Below the pieces are notes generated by a model. That model was not told the origin of the DNA, did not search any database, and saw only the letters and a program-made list of their open reading frames with translations. A stretch of DNA of 64,000 nt, taken from positions 6,696,001 through 6,760,000 of the forward strand of contig CATNEN010000024.1 of NCBI GenBank assembly GCA_950097015.1. The letters are read 5' to 3'. Made by a program: the position numbers and the translations under genes. The stretch is from Macrostomum hystrix. Lineage: Eukaryota > Animalia > Platyhelminthes. This document shows positions 53,326 to 64,000 of this stretch, piece after piece; within the stretch, counting starts at the first letter, position 1, and every line of letters begins with the position of its first letter.

Positions 53326-54034
53326 CTCCTCCTCTTTCCACTTCCCCTCCTTCTCCCTAATCCTCTTTCTCCCTCACACTCCTTCTCCCCCTCCCTTCTC
53401 CCCTCCCACCTCCACTCTTTCGCCCTCCGTCCCAGGCTGTCAAGCATGCAAGCAGAGCCCCAGTCTGCATCTCCAATAAAAGCAACTTAACTGGCGCTAA
53501 CTGCTGTGTCGCTATAAAGCAGCTGAAGGCAATTTCATGCATTCAGGGCCAAGCGCTGTAAGCTCAGCATTGTCCCAACAAAGCTTCCCTCTGTCCGCGC
53601 TGGCAGTTGTTCCACTGCAGCTCTCCCTCTGTCCCTCTTTCAGAGCCACTGAGCAAAACCGGAAGAAAAGGGAGCGTGGCAAGAACTGCGACTATGGCTG
53701 TTGGGTTACTGGGATAGCATTAATCCTTCGGCTATGTAATCTTTCTGCCCTTCAACTCCCCTATCTCTCTCGCTTTCCTATTTCATGCCAGTCACTATTT
53801 TTTATAGTTCCACCCGCCGCACGGCGCTTTAATCCACTTTGCATTCACAGATCCGTGTGTGTGCGTGTGTGCGTGTGCTCGCGGGTGTTGAATTTGCCTT
53901 CTAAATATCGTTAATAAAGCTTTCTTACTGTAATAACTATTATTTCGCTAAGCCGATTGTAATAGACCCCTTATCTGATAGCATCAGTCAGAAATCGTAT
54001 TGCACTACTTCGATTTCTTTTTCTCGAAATAATA

Positions 54035-54705
54035 TTCCATTACCACCAAATCAGATTCCATTATCACTAAATCAGATTCCATTACCACTAAATCAGATTC
54101 CATTACCACTAAATCAGATTCCATTATCACTAAATCAGATTCCATTATCACTAAATCAGATTCCATTATCACTAAATCAGATTCCATTATCACTAAATCA
54201 GATTCCATTATCACTAAATCAGATTCCATTATCACTAAATCAGATTCCATTACCACCAAATCAGATTCCATTACCACTAAATCAGATTCCATTACCACTA
54301 AATCAGATTCCATTACCACCAAATCAGATTCCAATACCACTAAATCAGATTCCATTATCACTAAATCAGATTCCATTACCACCAAATCAGATTCCATTAC
54401 CACTAAATCAGATTCCATTATCACTAAATCAGATTCCATTATCACTAAATCAGATTCCATTATCACTAAATCAGATTCCATTATCACTAAATCAGATTCC
54501 ATTATCACTAAATCAGATTCCATTATCACTAAATCAGATTCCATTATCACTAAATCAGATTCCATTATCACTAAATCAGACTCCATTATCACTAAATCAG
54601 ATTCCATTACCACTAAATCAGATTCCATTATCACTAAATCAGATTCCATCACCCGTTAATCAGATTCCATTAACCGTATATTATATTCCATTACCACTAA
54701 ATGGA
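54035..54705. repeat. 21-bp minisatellite (CCATTATCACTAAATCAGATT)n
   Basis: Direct inspection. It explains the (MESDLVI)n ORF. Confidence 0.95.
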
Positions 54706-55009
54706 ATTTAGTGGTAACAACTAGCTTTCTTCTCCACATTTGCGTTGATCCCTAGGGCAGTCAGCTGTCTGTAAAAAAACTATCCTAATCCTCCCAAACA
54801 GATCCTCTCCAACTGCTGCCGTGCAATATTGGTCTTTGTCGCAACAAAGAACACCCGTCATTTGCAAGCCGTCTGTGTTATCATATATACACTCTTTCTG
54901 TGTTCTGATATTATCCATGGTACACGAAATTTATAAAATGTTGTACAGATAGGAACACTTGAGAAATTCTGTCTGGGATTTTTTCTTTGGAATGGATAAC
55001 TAACTTGGA

Positions 55010-55970
55010 TTTCCTCCCTTAAATTCCCTCTCTTGGATTCCCTCTCTTGGATTTCCTTACATGGATTCCCTCTTTTGGACTTTTCTTTTCCTGGATTCCC
55101 TCTTTTGGGTTCTCTCTCTTGGATTTCCTTTCTTTGATTCCCTCTCTTGGATTTCACTTGGGTTCTCTCTCTTGGATTTCCTTTCTTGGATTCCCTCTAT
55201 AGGATTTCCTCTCGGATTCCCTCTATTGGACTTCCTCTCTAGGATTCCCTATCGAGAATTCCCTTTCTTAGATTCCCTCTCTTGGATTTCCTTTTGTATT
55301 CCCTCTCTAGGATTCCCATTCTTGGATTCCCTCTGTAGGATTCCCTCTATTGGATTTTCTCTTGGATTCCCTCTCTAGGATTCCCTTTCTTGGATTCCCT
55401 CTATAGGATTTTCTCTTGGATTCCCTCTATTGGATTTCCTCTTGGATTCCCTTTCTTGGATTCTCTCTCTAGGATTCCCTTTCTTGGATTCCCTGTCTAG
55501 GATTCCTTTCTTGGATTCCCTCTCTTGGATTTCACTTGGGTTCTCTCTCTTGGATTTCCTTTCTTGGATTCCCTCTATAGGATTTCCTCTCGGATTCCCT
55601 CTATTGGACTTCCTCTCTAGGATTCCCTATCGAGAATTCCCTTTCTTAGATTCCCTCTCTTGGATTTCCTTTTGTATTCCCTCTCTAGGATTCCCATTCT
55701 TGGATTCCCTCTGTAGGATTCCCTCTATTGGATTTTCTCTTGGATTCCCTCTCTAGGATTCCCTTTCTTGGATTCCCTCTACTGGATTTTCTCTTGGATT
55801 CCCTCTATTGGATTTCCTCTTGGATTCCCTCTCTAGGATTCCCTTTCTTGGATTCCCTCTATTGGATTCCCTTTCTTGGATTCCCTTTCTTGGATTCCGT
55901 CTATAGGATTCCCTTTCTTGGACTCCCTCTCTAGGATTCCCTTTCTTGGATTCCCTCTCTAGGATTTCTC
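55010..55970. repeat. Degenerate satellite of about 14 bp (GGATTCCCTCTCTT)n with a 378-bp higher-order duplication
   Basis: The same variant string starts at 55141 and 55519. Confidence 0.9.
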
Positions 55971-56984
55971 TTCTCTTTATTGACTTTGTCGCCTATTGTG
56001 CATGGTTTTAATGTCAACCGGCATTGGTCATTGGCTACAATGCCGCACGACAAATACTACGAGTAAATGCTTATACGGGTAACTTTGAAATTATTGTAAG
56101 CCATCTCAATATTAATCACTCACTTTCCCTTTTGCCCATTTCCTGTTTCACTCCCTTTACTTTTTATTCGCCACCTCCTCCGTCATGTCCCCGTGCCCAA
56201 TCCAGGCCTTTCATTCATTGCCTGGCGATTCTCGGTTCCGTCTCCTTAGCTATCTGTGCCTCCCTGACCACTTCCCCTAATCCTTGTCTCCCTGCCCTCC
56301 TCATCGCTAATCCTTCCTGATTCCCAAGTATAGAGACAAAGCTAGATAGGAACGCCAGAAATCCCAGATCGTTTGCTTTGCCGGCCATCGGTACTGCCCA
56401 CCCCCTGGCTGCTGCTGCTGCTGCAGAGCTCGGATCCGCGAAGCCAAAACCAGCGCGACCCAAAAAATTCCAACTTCGCTCTCTCTCTTTTCCTGTCTCT
56501 GCCACACTCGCCCCAACCCACTCCCATGGCATTGGCACAGGTTTATCCCATGCTGGAGGGGATCTTTAGCCCAAGACGCGCATCATCTTCAAGCCGCCCA
56601 ACTCCCCTCTCCTCTCCTTAACTTTCCCCTCTAAGCCGCTTCTTCTCCCCTTCCGCGTGGAGCTTTTTTCTTCTTCTATTCTCTCTCTTAGCACGGCCTG
56701 AAACTTCCCCAGGCTAGCCAAACTGTCCCGGGTGTGGCCACACACGCACACACCCACACACACACTTCAAGGCACTACCTAAAGCTGAGAAATTAACATC
56801 CAACCGGTGGTGGCGCAATAATAGTGCCCATTCCTCTCCCCCCCAAGGGCAAGCAGTCAGATACAATATCAGCAAAATTTAACAAACTGATTGTTTAACA
56901 AAAATTTGCAGTTGCTTCGAATGGCCAATCATAAAGAGAGACAATTTTATCCTAATATGGCACCTGAAAGACGAAGAATGATTA

Positions 56985-57815
56985 ATATCCCACTGGGGAG
57001 AATGACAGCTTGTTCCAATATCCCACCTGGGAAGAATGGTAGCTTGTCGCAATATCCCACCTGGGAAGAATGGTAGCTTGTTCCAATATCCCACCTGGGA
57101 AGAATGGTAGCTTGTCGCAATATCCCACCTGGGAAGAATGGTAGCTTGTTCCAATATCCCACCTGGGAAGAATGGTAGCTTGTCGCAATATCCCACCTGG
57201 GGAGAATGGTAGCTCATCCAAATATTCCACCTGGGAAGAATGACAGCTTATCCAAATATCCCACCTGGGAAGAATGACAGCTCATCCAAATATCCCACCA
57301 GGGAAGAATGGTAGCTCATCCAAATATCCCACCTGGGAAGAATGACAGCTTATCCAAATATCCCACCTGGGAAGAATGACAGCTTATCCAAATATCCCAC
57401 CTGGGAAGAATGACAGCTCATCCAAATATCCCACCTGGGAAGAATGACAGCTTATCCAAATATCCCACCTGGGAAGAATGACAACTCATCCAAATATCCC
57501 ACCTGGGAAGAATGGTAGCTTATCCAAATATCCCACCTGGGAAGAATGGTAGCTCATCCAAATATCCCACCTGGGAAGAATGGTAGCTCATCCAAATATC
57601 CCACCTGGGAAGAATGGTAGCTCATCCAAATATCCCACCTGGGAAGAATGGTAGCTTATCCAAATATCCTACCTGGGAAGAATGGTAGCTCATCCAAATA
57701 TCCCACCTGGGAAGAATGGTAGCTCATCCAAATATTCCACCTGGGAAGAATGGTAGCTTATCCAAATATCCCACCTGGGAAGAATGACAGCACACCCAAA
57801 TATCCCACCTGTGGA
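56985..57815. repeat. 34-bp minisatellite (CCAAATATCCCACCTGGGAAGAATGGTAGCTCAT)n
   Basis: About 24 copies. Confidence 0.95.
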
Positions 57816-58244
57816 GAATGGTGTGTAATTAAATTTATACCACCTGTGAAAATTAGAATCCTACGTAACAAGTTACAAGGTAATGAACAATGTAGACTGC
57901 CATGGACAGTATTCTGAAAGTGAACTATTTCTTGTATATTTAATTTCGCACATAAGCACACTTTTGTAAACATTAGGAAAGAGTAAAAGTGTTTGCACTA
58001 ATTGAACAAATCAATCTATTACTACAAAGCAATAATGAATGGGTTAGGCAATTTATTTACAAAATAATATTAGTTTCTGTGCCTGCGTATGTGAGGGAGT
58101 GCTAGGGGCCATTTGATTTAGAATAGAACTCATTAAAAAACACAAAAAAATCTGCAAGTCTTCTATAGTCTGGTTAATCTAGAAAGCGTATAACAATTAG
58201 ATAAAGGCATTTATAATAGACATTGTAATAATGTTAGTGTATAC

Positions 58245-58950
58245 CAGGGTAGGCAAACTTATTTGCTGGCGGGCCAAAGAGAGAACCTAAAAGACGACAG
58301 CGGGCCGCATTGACTGTATAAATAAGAGATAGGGGAGAGATGAGACACGGGAGAGATTAGACACTGGAGAGATTAGACACGGGAGAGATTAGACACTGGA
58401 GAGATTAGACACTGGAGAGATTAGACACTGGAGAGATTAGACACGGGAGAGATTAGACACTGGAGAGATTAGACACGGGAAAGATTAGACACGGGAGAGA
58501 TTAGACACGGGAGAGATTAGACACGGGAGAGATTAGACACGGGAGAGATAAGACACGGGAGAGATTAGACACGGGAGAGATTAGACACTGGAGAGATTAG
58601 ACACGGGAGAGATTAGACACTGGAGAGATTAGACACGGGAGAGATTAGACACGGGAGAGATTAGACACGGGAGAGATTAGACACGGGAGAGATTAGACAC
58701 TGGAGAGATTAGACACGGGAGAGATTAGACACTGGAGAGATTAGACACTGGAGAGATTAGACACTGGAGAGATTAGACACGGGAGAGATTAGACACGGGA
58801 GAGATTAGACACGGGAGAGATTAGATACGAGAGCGATGAGACACGGGAGAGATGAAACAGGACACTGTAGATGTCAGAAGGGGCAACGGGCCGGATTTGG
58901 GAGCTTCGAGGGCCGCATCTGGCCCGCGGGCCGGAGTTTGCCGACCCCTG
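58245..58950 (+). mobile_element. hAT (Charlie/Buster-like) MITE, copy 3, with an expanded internal 16-bp minisatellite (GAGAGATTAGACACGG)n
   Basis: TIRs CAGGGTAGGCAAACT / AGTTTGCCGACCCCTG and TSD GTGTATAC (58237-58244 / 58951-58958). About 30 internal units versus about 6 in copy 2. Confidence 0.93.
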
Positions 58951-59236
58951 GTGTATACAATAAATGTACACTCGCTATTAGAAGTTATTCGCATGCTCTT
59001 TTTAAAGTCATCTTCATCTTCGCGACTGCCGAATGCAGTTGAGTGTGGCACTCCAGCTCACTTAGGTATGGGAGGATAGGTGGCTGAAATGGGGAGACAG
59101 GTGCGAATATTTACTGATTTCTTCTTATTGTTCTGTCTCTCCGTCTCACAAATTTTCCTTTGTCATATGCGAATTCATTTTTATTGTCTCGTGCTTTTTC
59201 TCTTCATTGACTCATCAGCCCTTTGTAATAATCTGA

Positions 59237-60885
59237 TCTCTCATTGTCACACTGTCTAATCTCTCATTCTCACACTGTCTAATCTCTCATTCTCACACTG
59301 TCTAATCTCTCAGTCTCACACTGTCTAATCTCTCAGTCTCACACTGTCTAATCTCTCATTCTCACACTGTCTAATCTCTCATTCTCACACTGTCTAATCT
59401 CTCATTCTCACACTGTCTAATCTCTCATTATCACACTGTCTAATCTCCAATTATCACACTGTCTAATCTCCAATTATCACACTGTCTAATCTCTCATTCT
59501 CACACTGTCTAATCTCTCATTCTCACACTGTCTAATCTCTCATTCTCACACAGTCTAATCTCTCATTCTCACACTGTCTAATCTCTCATTCTCACACTGT
59601 CTAATCTCTCATTATCACACTGTCTAATCTCTCATTATCACACTGTCTAATCTCTCATTATCACACTGTCTAATCTCTCATTCTCACACTGTCTAATCTC
59701 TCATTCTCACACTGTCTAATCTCTCATTCTCACACTGTCTAATCTCTCATTCTCACACTGTCTAATCTCTCATTATCACACTGTCTAATCTCTCATTCTC
59801 ACACTGTCTAATCTCTCATTCTCACACTGTCTAACCTCTCATTCTCACACTGTCTAATCTCTCATTCTCACACTGTCTAATCTCTCATTCTCACACTGTC
59901 TAATCTCTCATTGTCACACTGTCTAATCTCTCATTCTCACACTGTCTAATCTCTCATTCTCACACTGTCTAATCTCTCATTCTCACACTGTCTAATCTCT
60001 CATTATCACACTGTCTAATCTCTCATTCTCACACTGTCTAATCTCTCATTCTCACACTGTCTAACCTCTCATTCTCACACTGTCTAATCTCTCATTCTCA
60101 CACTGTCTAATCTCTCATTCTCACACTGTCTAATCTCTCATTCTCACACTGTCTAATCTCTCATTCTCACACTGTCTAATCTCTCATTCTCACACTGTCT
60201 AATCTCTCATTCTCACACTGTCTAATCTCTCATTCTCACACTGTCTAATCTCTCATTCTCACACTGTCTAATCTCTCATTCTCACATTGTCTAATCTCTC
60301 ATTCTCACATTGTCTAATCTCTCATTCTCACACTGTCTAATCTCTCATTCTCACATTATCTAATCTCTCATTCTCACATTGTCTAATCTCTCATTCTCAC
60401 ACTGTCTAATCTCTCATTCTCACATTGTCTAATCTCTCATTCTCACACTGTCTAATCTCTCATTCTCACATTATCTAATCTCTCATTCTCACATTGTCTA
60501 ATCTCTCATTCTCACACTGTCTAATCTCTCATTCTCACACTGTCTAATCTCTCATTCTCACACTGTCTGATCTCTCATTGTCACACTGTCTAATCTCTCA
60601 TTCTCACACTGTCTAATCTCTCATTCTCACACTGTCTAATCTCTCATTCTCACATTGTCTAATCTCTCAGTCTCACATTGTCTAATCTCTCATTCTCACA
60701 CTGTCTAATCTCTCATTCTCACATTGTCTAATCTCTCATTCTCACACTGTCTAATCTCTCATTCTCACACTGTCTAATCTCTCATTCTCACACTGTCTAA
60801 TCTCTCATTCTCACATTGTCTAATCTCTCATTCTCACACTGTCTAATCTCTCAGTCTCACACTGTCTAATCTCTCATTCTCGTTC
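59237..60885. repeat. 23-bp minisatellite (CTGTCTAATCTCTCATTCTCACA)n, about 70 copies
   Basis: Direct inspection. Confidence 0.95.
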
Positions 60886-61794
60886 CCATCTCACCGTCTA
60901 ATTTATCGCCTCATTTTGACTGTCAAATTAAATTTAGTTTTAAAGAATTTCTTTGACTGCCCAGCTGCTTGTCAAATAGAAAAGTAGTTCATTAACTTTT
61001 AGAAAGTTTATCCTCATTATCGAGACACTGAGCGGATGAAGAGAAGAAGTGACGGGCAGAGGCTGCGCTGCTGAGAGTCAAGTGGGCAACAGCGGGTCAC
61101 ACACGATGCCACGAGTGCCAGCGGGGTTTGACCGCCTCGCTAATAACAACTAACAGATGGGGAAGAATAAGACGGGAGTAAAAAAGAAGGGATGAGGAGG
61201 GGAAAATATTGGGCTGGGGAGGGCAGAGGCGGAAGAGGATCTGCTAAGAGAGATTGAGGCCCTGCGACTGCGGGAGAGTCGGCGAGAGGCATAGAGGAAA
61301 ATCCCATTGAGGACTCGGGCGGCTGGCCCTAGGGAATCCGGGGGTCGTTGGGGAGGTGGGCGGGCATCAGCGAGGATGAGAAGAGAGAGAGAAGGGGGAA
61401 TGGGAAATTGGGATGAAGAGAGGAGCCTGGGCAACCAGCACGGGAGGGTTGGGTGAGAGGCCAATACTGGGGCAATCATGCAAGCATTAGGGAGAGTCTA
61501 AGAAGGCTCACAATGTCCCCTATAATCTCAGGAGGCGCGGCCGTGTCTGCATACTCACTCCCCACTAGCTCAGTCACACATACACACGGGTTCCAAACTA
61601 TCTCGGGCTGCTGTCGATTGTGGGGAGGGAAAATTACTAATATGACGACAGAAAACACAAATCTGTGCTGTAAAAAAGCTTTAGCATCTCAAAGATCTAA
61701 AGCCATAATAGAGCTTCTAATTTTTTTAAGATGTGTGTTTCTATGTGTCAGAACTTCGATAATCCGAGCGTTCAAGCGTTAATTCCAAGATTTG

Positions 61795-62085
61795 AAGCTT
61801 CTGAGTTTTGAAGTTTCGGAGTTTTGAAGTTTCAGAGCTCTAAAGTTTCGGAGTTTTGAAGTTTCGGAGTTTTGAAGTTTCGGAGTTTTGAAGTTTCGGA
61901 GTTTTGAAGTTTCGGAGTTTTAAAGTTTCGGAGTTTTGAAGTTTCGGAGTTTTGAAGTTTCGGAGTTTTGAAGTTTCGGAGTTTTGAAGTTTCGGAGTTT
62001 TGAAGTTTCGGAGTTTTGAAGTTTCGGAGTTTTGAAGTTTCGGAGTTTTGAAGTTTCTGGGTTTTAAGTTTCGGAGTTTTGAAGC
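61795..62085. repeat. 16-bp minisatellite (GAGTTTTGAAGTTTCG)n
   Basis: Direct inspection; lies just inside the intron after the sbb-like exon. Confidence 0.95.
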
Positions 62086-62178
62086 GTCGGAGATTCGAGT
62101 TTTTTTAACTTTGATCAACAGAATTTTCTTCGGAGCTTTACAAGAGTATTCAAAGAGACAAACAGTTGTCAGTCTCAC

Positions 62179-62474
62179 CTTGTTGATGAGGAAATACGCC
62201 GTTGAAAGGGTCGCGAAACAGGGCGGCAAGGCTGCCGCCAACACCTGCTGCCTGAAGGTGAGGCGGCAGGTGCGGCGGCAGCAGCGAAGCCGCTGAGGAG
62301 ACAATCGCAGCAGCGGCGGCGGCAGCAGCGGCAGGCGATGCGGCCGAGGCTGAGGAGTGCGTCCCGATTGGGAAGCCGCCGGCAGCGGCGGCTGCAAAGG
62401 CCGCCTCCATCAGTCGCAGCTGCTCGAGTTCGTAGAGCTTCCTGGGGTCCGGGCAGACTGGCCAGAACATCTGG

Positions 62475-62509
<35 letters not shown>

Positions 62510-63375
62510 AGGCGGTGCCGCCGCCTGTGAAACGAAGTTAGCCATTGGAAGAGCCGAAGTAGACACTGCTAGGCTACGAGCCGTCGGCAGCGATGGCTGT
62601 GGCGGCTGTGGTGGTGGAGGGGGTGGCGTGGCTTCCGACTTAGGATGAGACGGTGGAGGAGTCCGCGATGGAGGAGGCGGCGACGGTAGCGCGGCATCAG
62701 TAACGCGGGAGTTTGTTTGCTGCTGCTGCTGCTGCTGCTGATTTTTTACTGCATTGTGGTCCCGTTGCTGCTGCTGCTGCTGCTGCCGTTTCGCAGCGGC
62801 TGAGACTGCAGGCTTGCGCTGTTCTGGCACTTTAAACACCGGAGGCGATTCCGGCGAACTGGCTGATGTCGGCGTTGGACGCGGAGGAGGAGGCGGCGGC
62901 GGTTGACGCTGGCGTTCAACGTGGCAGTGGTTGTGATGCCACTTCATCGCCAGATCGTTGACGAAACGCTTAGAACAGTCGGGATGCGTACAGGCGACTG
63001 GCAGTGTCTGCTGGCTTGAGATTCGATTTGACACTTGCTGCTGCTGTTTCTGCTGCTGCTGTGACTTAGATGAATGTGGCTGCTGCTGCTGCTGCTGCTG
63101 TTGTTGAGATCGTCGTCGGCAGATGATGGCGCCGTTGGAAGCTGCTGCTGCAGTAGCTGCGGCTCGACGCTTTCGCCCTGAAGAGGGCGCTGGCGGAGAG
63201 CAACGCTGCTGCTGCTGTTGCTGCTGCTCAGACTGTTGATCCAGCTGCTGCTGCTGATGCTGTTGATGCTGCTGTTGAGAGCTTGGAGCTGGAGTAGCGA
63301 GATCGTGCTGCGATGAGTCGAGAAGGGTGCCAACGTAGGTGCGACCGCGCCAGGTCACATTGACCACTAGCATGC
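62179..63375 (-). CDS. sbb: Scribbler/brakeless (ZNF608/ZNF609-like) large internal exon: conserved domain, C2H2 finger and Q/P/A-rich tracts
   Basis: G|MLVVNVTWRGRTYVGTLLD is near-identical to the ZNF608/609/sbb motif. C2H2 finger CTHPDCSKRFVNDLAMKWHHNHCH. Acceptor CCGCAG|GC at 63376 and donor CAAG|GTGAGA at 62178 are both phase 1. Upstream exons were not identified. Confidence 0.85.
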
Positions 63376-63519
63376 CTGCGGAGTGTTGGATGATTGTTAG
63401 TCATGTGAGATGGGTTGTCATGGGCGTTATGTAGAACCAACTGAGACACCACCTCTGCTAAATTTTGAGCTCCATTCTAAAGGTTATAGGTCTGGTTGGG
63501 ATTACGCAATGCAGGTAGT

Positions 63520-63905
63520 GGCCAGTAGATAGTGTCAGGTAGATAGCGGAAGGTAGATAGTGTCAGGTGTATAGCTGAAGGTAGATAGTGTCAGGTGTAT
63601 AGCTGAAGGTAGATAGTGTCAGGAAGATAGCAGTAGACAGAGAGTGTCAGGTAGAGATTGTCCGGTTGGATAGCGGAAGGAGTGTCAGGTAAGAGTGTCA
63701 GGTAGTGTCAGGTAGTGTCAGGTAGAGAGTGTCAGGAAGTGTCAGTCAGTGTCAGGTAGTGTCAGGTAGTGTCAGGTAGTGTCAGGTAGTGTCAGGTAGT
63801 GTCAGGTAGTGTCAGGTAAGAGTGTCAGGTAGAGAGAGTGTCAGGTAGTGCCAGTCAGTGTCAGGTAGTGTCAGGTAGTGTCAGGTAAGAGTGTCAGGTA
63901 GAACA
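63520..63905. repeat. 10-bp-based repeat (GTAGTGTCAG)n with degenerate longer units
   Basis: Direct inspection. Confidence 0.9.
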
Positions 63906-64000
63906 GTGACATGTGTAGAATGGCAAATCCAGCGAATGCAGATGTAATCAGACAAAAATGCGGGCCCTGACACTAATTGGAAATGGGAGGCAGAAACAAA

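Noticed and set aside
54005-54652. 215-aa (MESDLVI)n ORF
   Set aside because: A 21-bp unit with no stop in one frame; no unique flanking coding sequence or splice context.
56215-56763. GC-rich short ORFs between the two sbb-like blocks as possible extra exons
   Set aside because: No convincing phase-compatible splice sites or domain similarity could be established by eye.

Overview
Eukaryotic (metazoan) genomic DNA with spliceosomal introns and a very high density of minisatellites and transposons. The style resembles the flatworm Macrostomum, which is an inference and not verified. Genes rebuilt by hand from splice sites and family motifs: the 3' end of G3BP (+), complete TSG101 (-, 4 exons), complete PPM1H-type PP2C phosphatase (+, 9 exons), single-exon EMC6 (+), a 2-exon orphan ORF (+), TENT4/PAPD5 poly(A) polymerase (-, 4 exons), and two scribbler/ZNF608-609-like coding blocks (-) whose splice phases are compatible with a single gene. 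Mobile DNA: one solitary non-autonomous Helitron; a 10.5-kb Helitron cluster made of an H-S-H-S-H concatemer carrying a mariner-containing spacer, plus a second composite Helitron inserted 3 bp away in the same (TAA)n tract; hAT-type MITEs with 8-bp TSDs; and tRNA-derived SINEs with TSDs. More than 20 mostly unrelated minisatellites are present, many starting just inside introns. One consists of ten copies of an exon end plus its GT donor. No CRISPR, rRNA or true tRNA gene was found.
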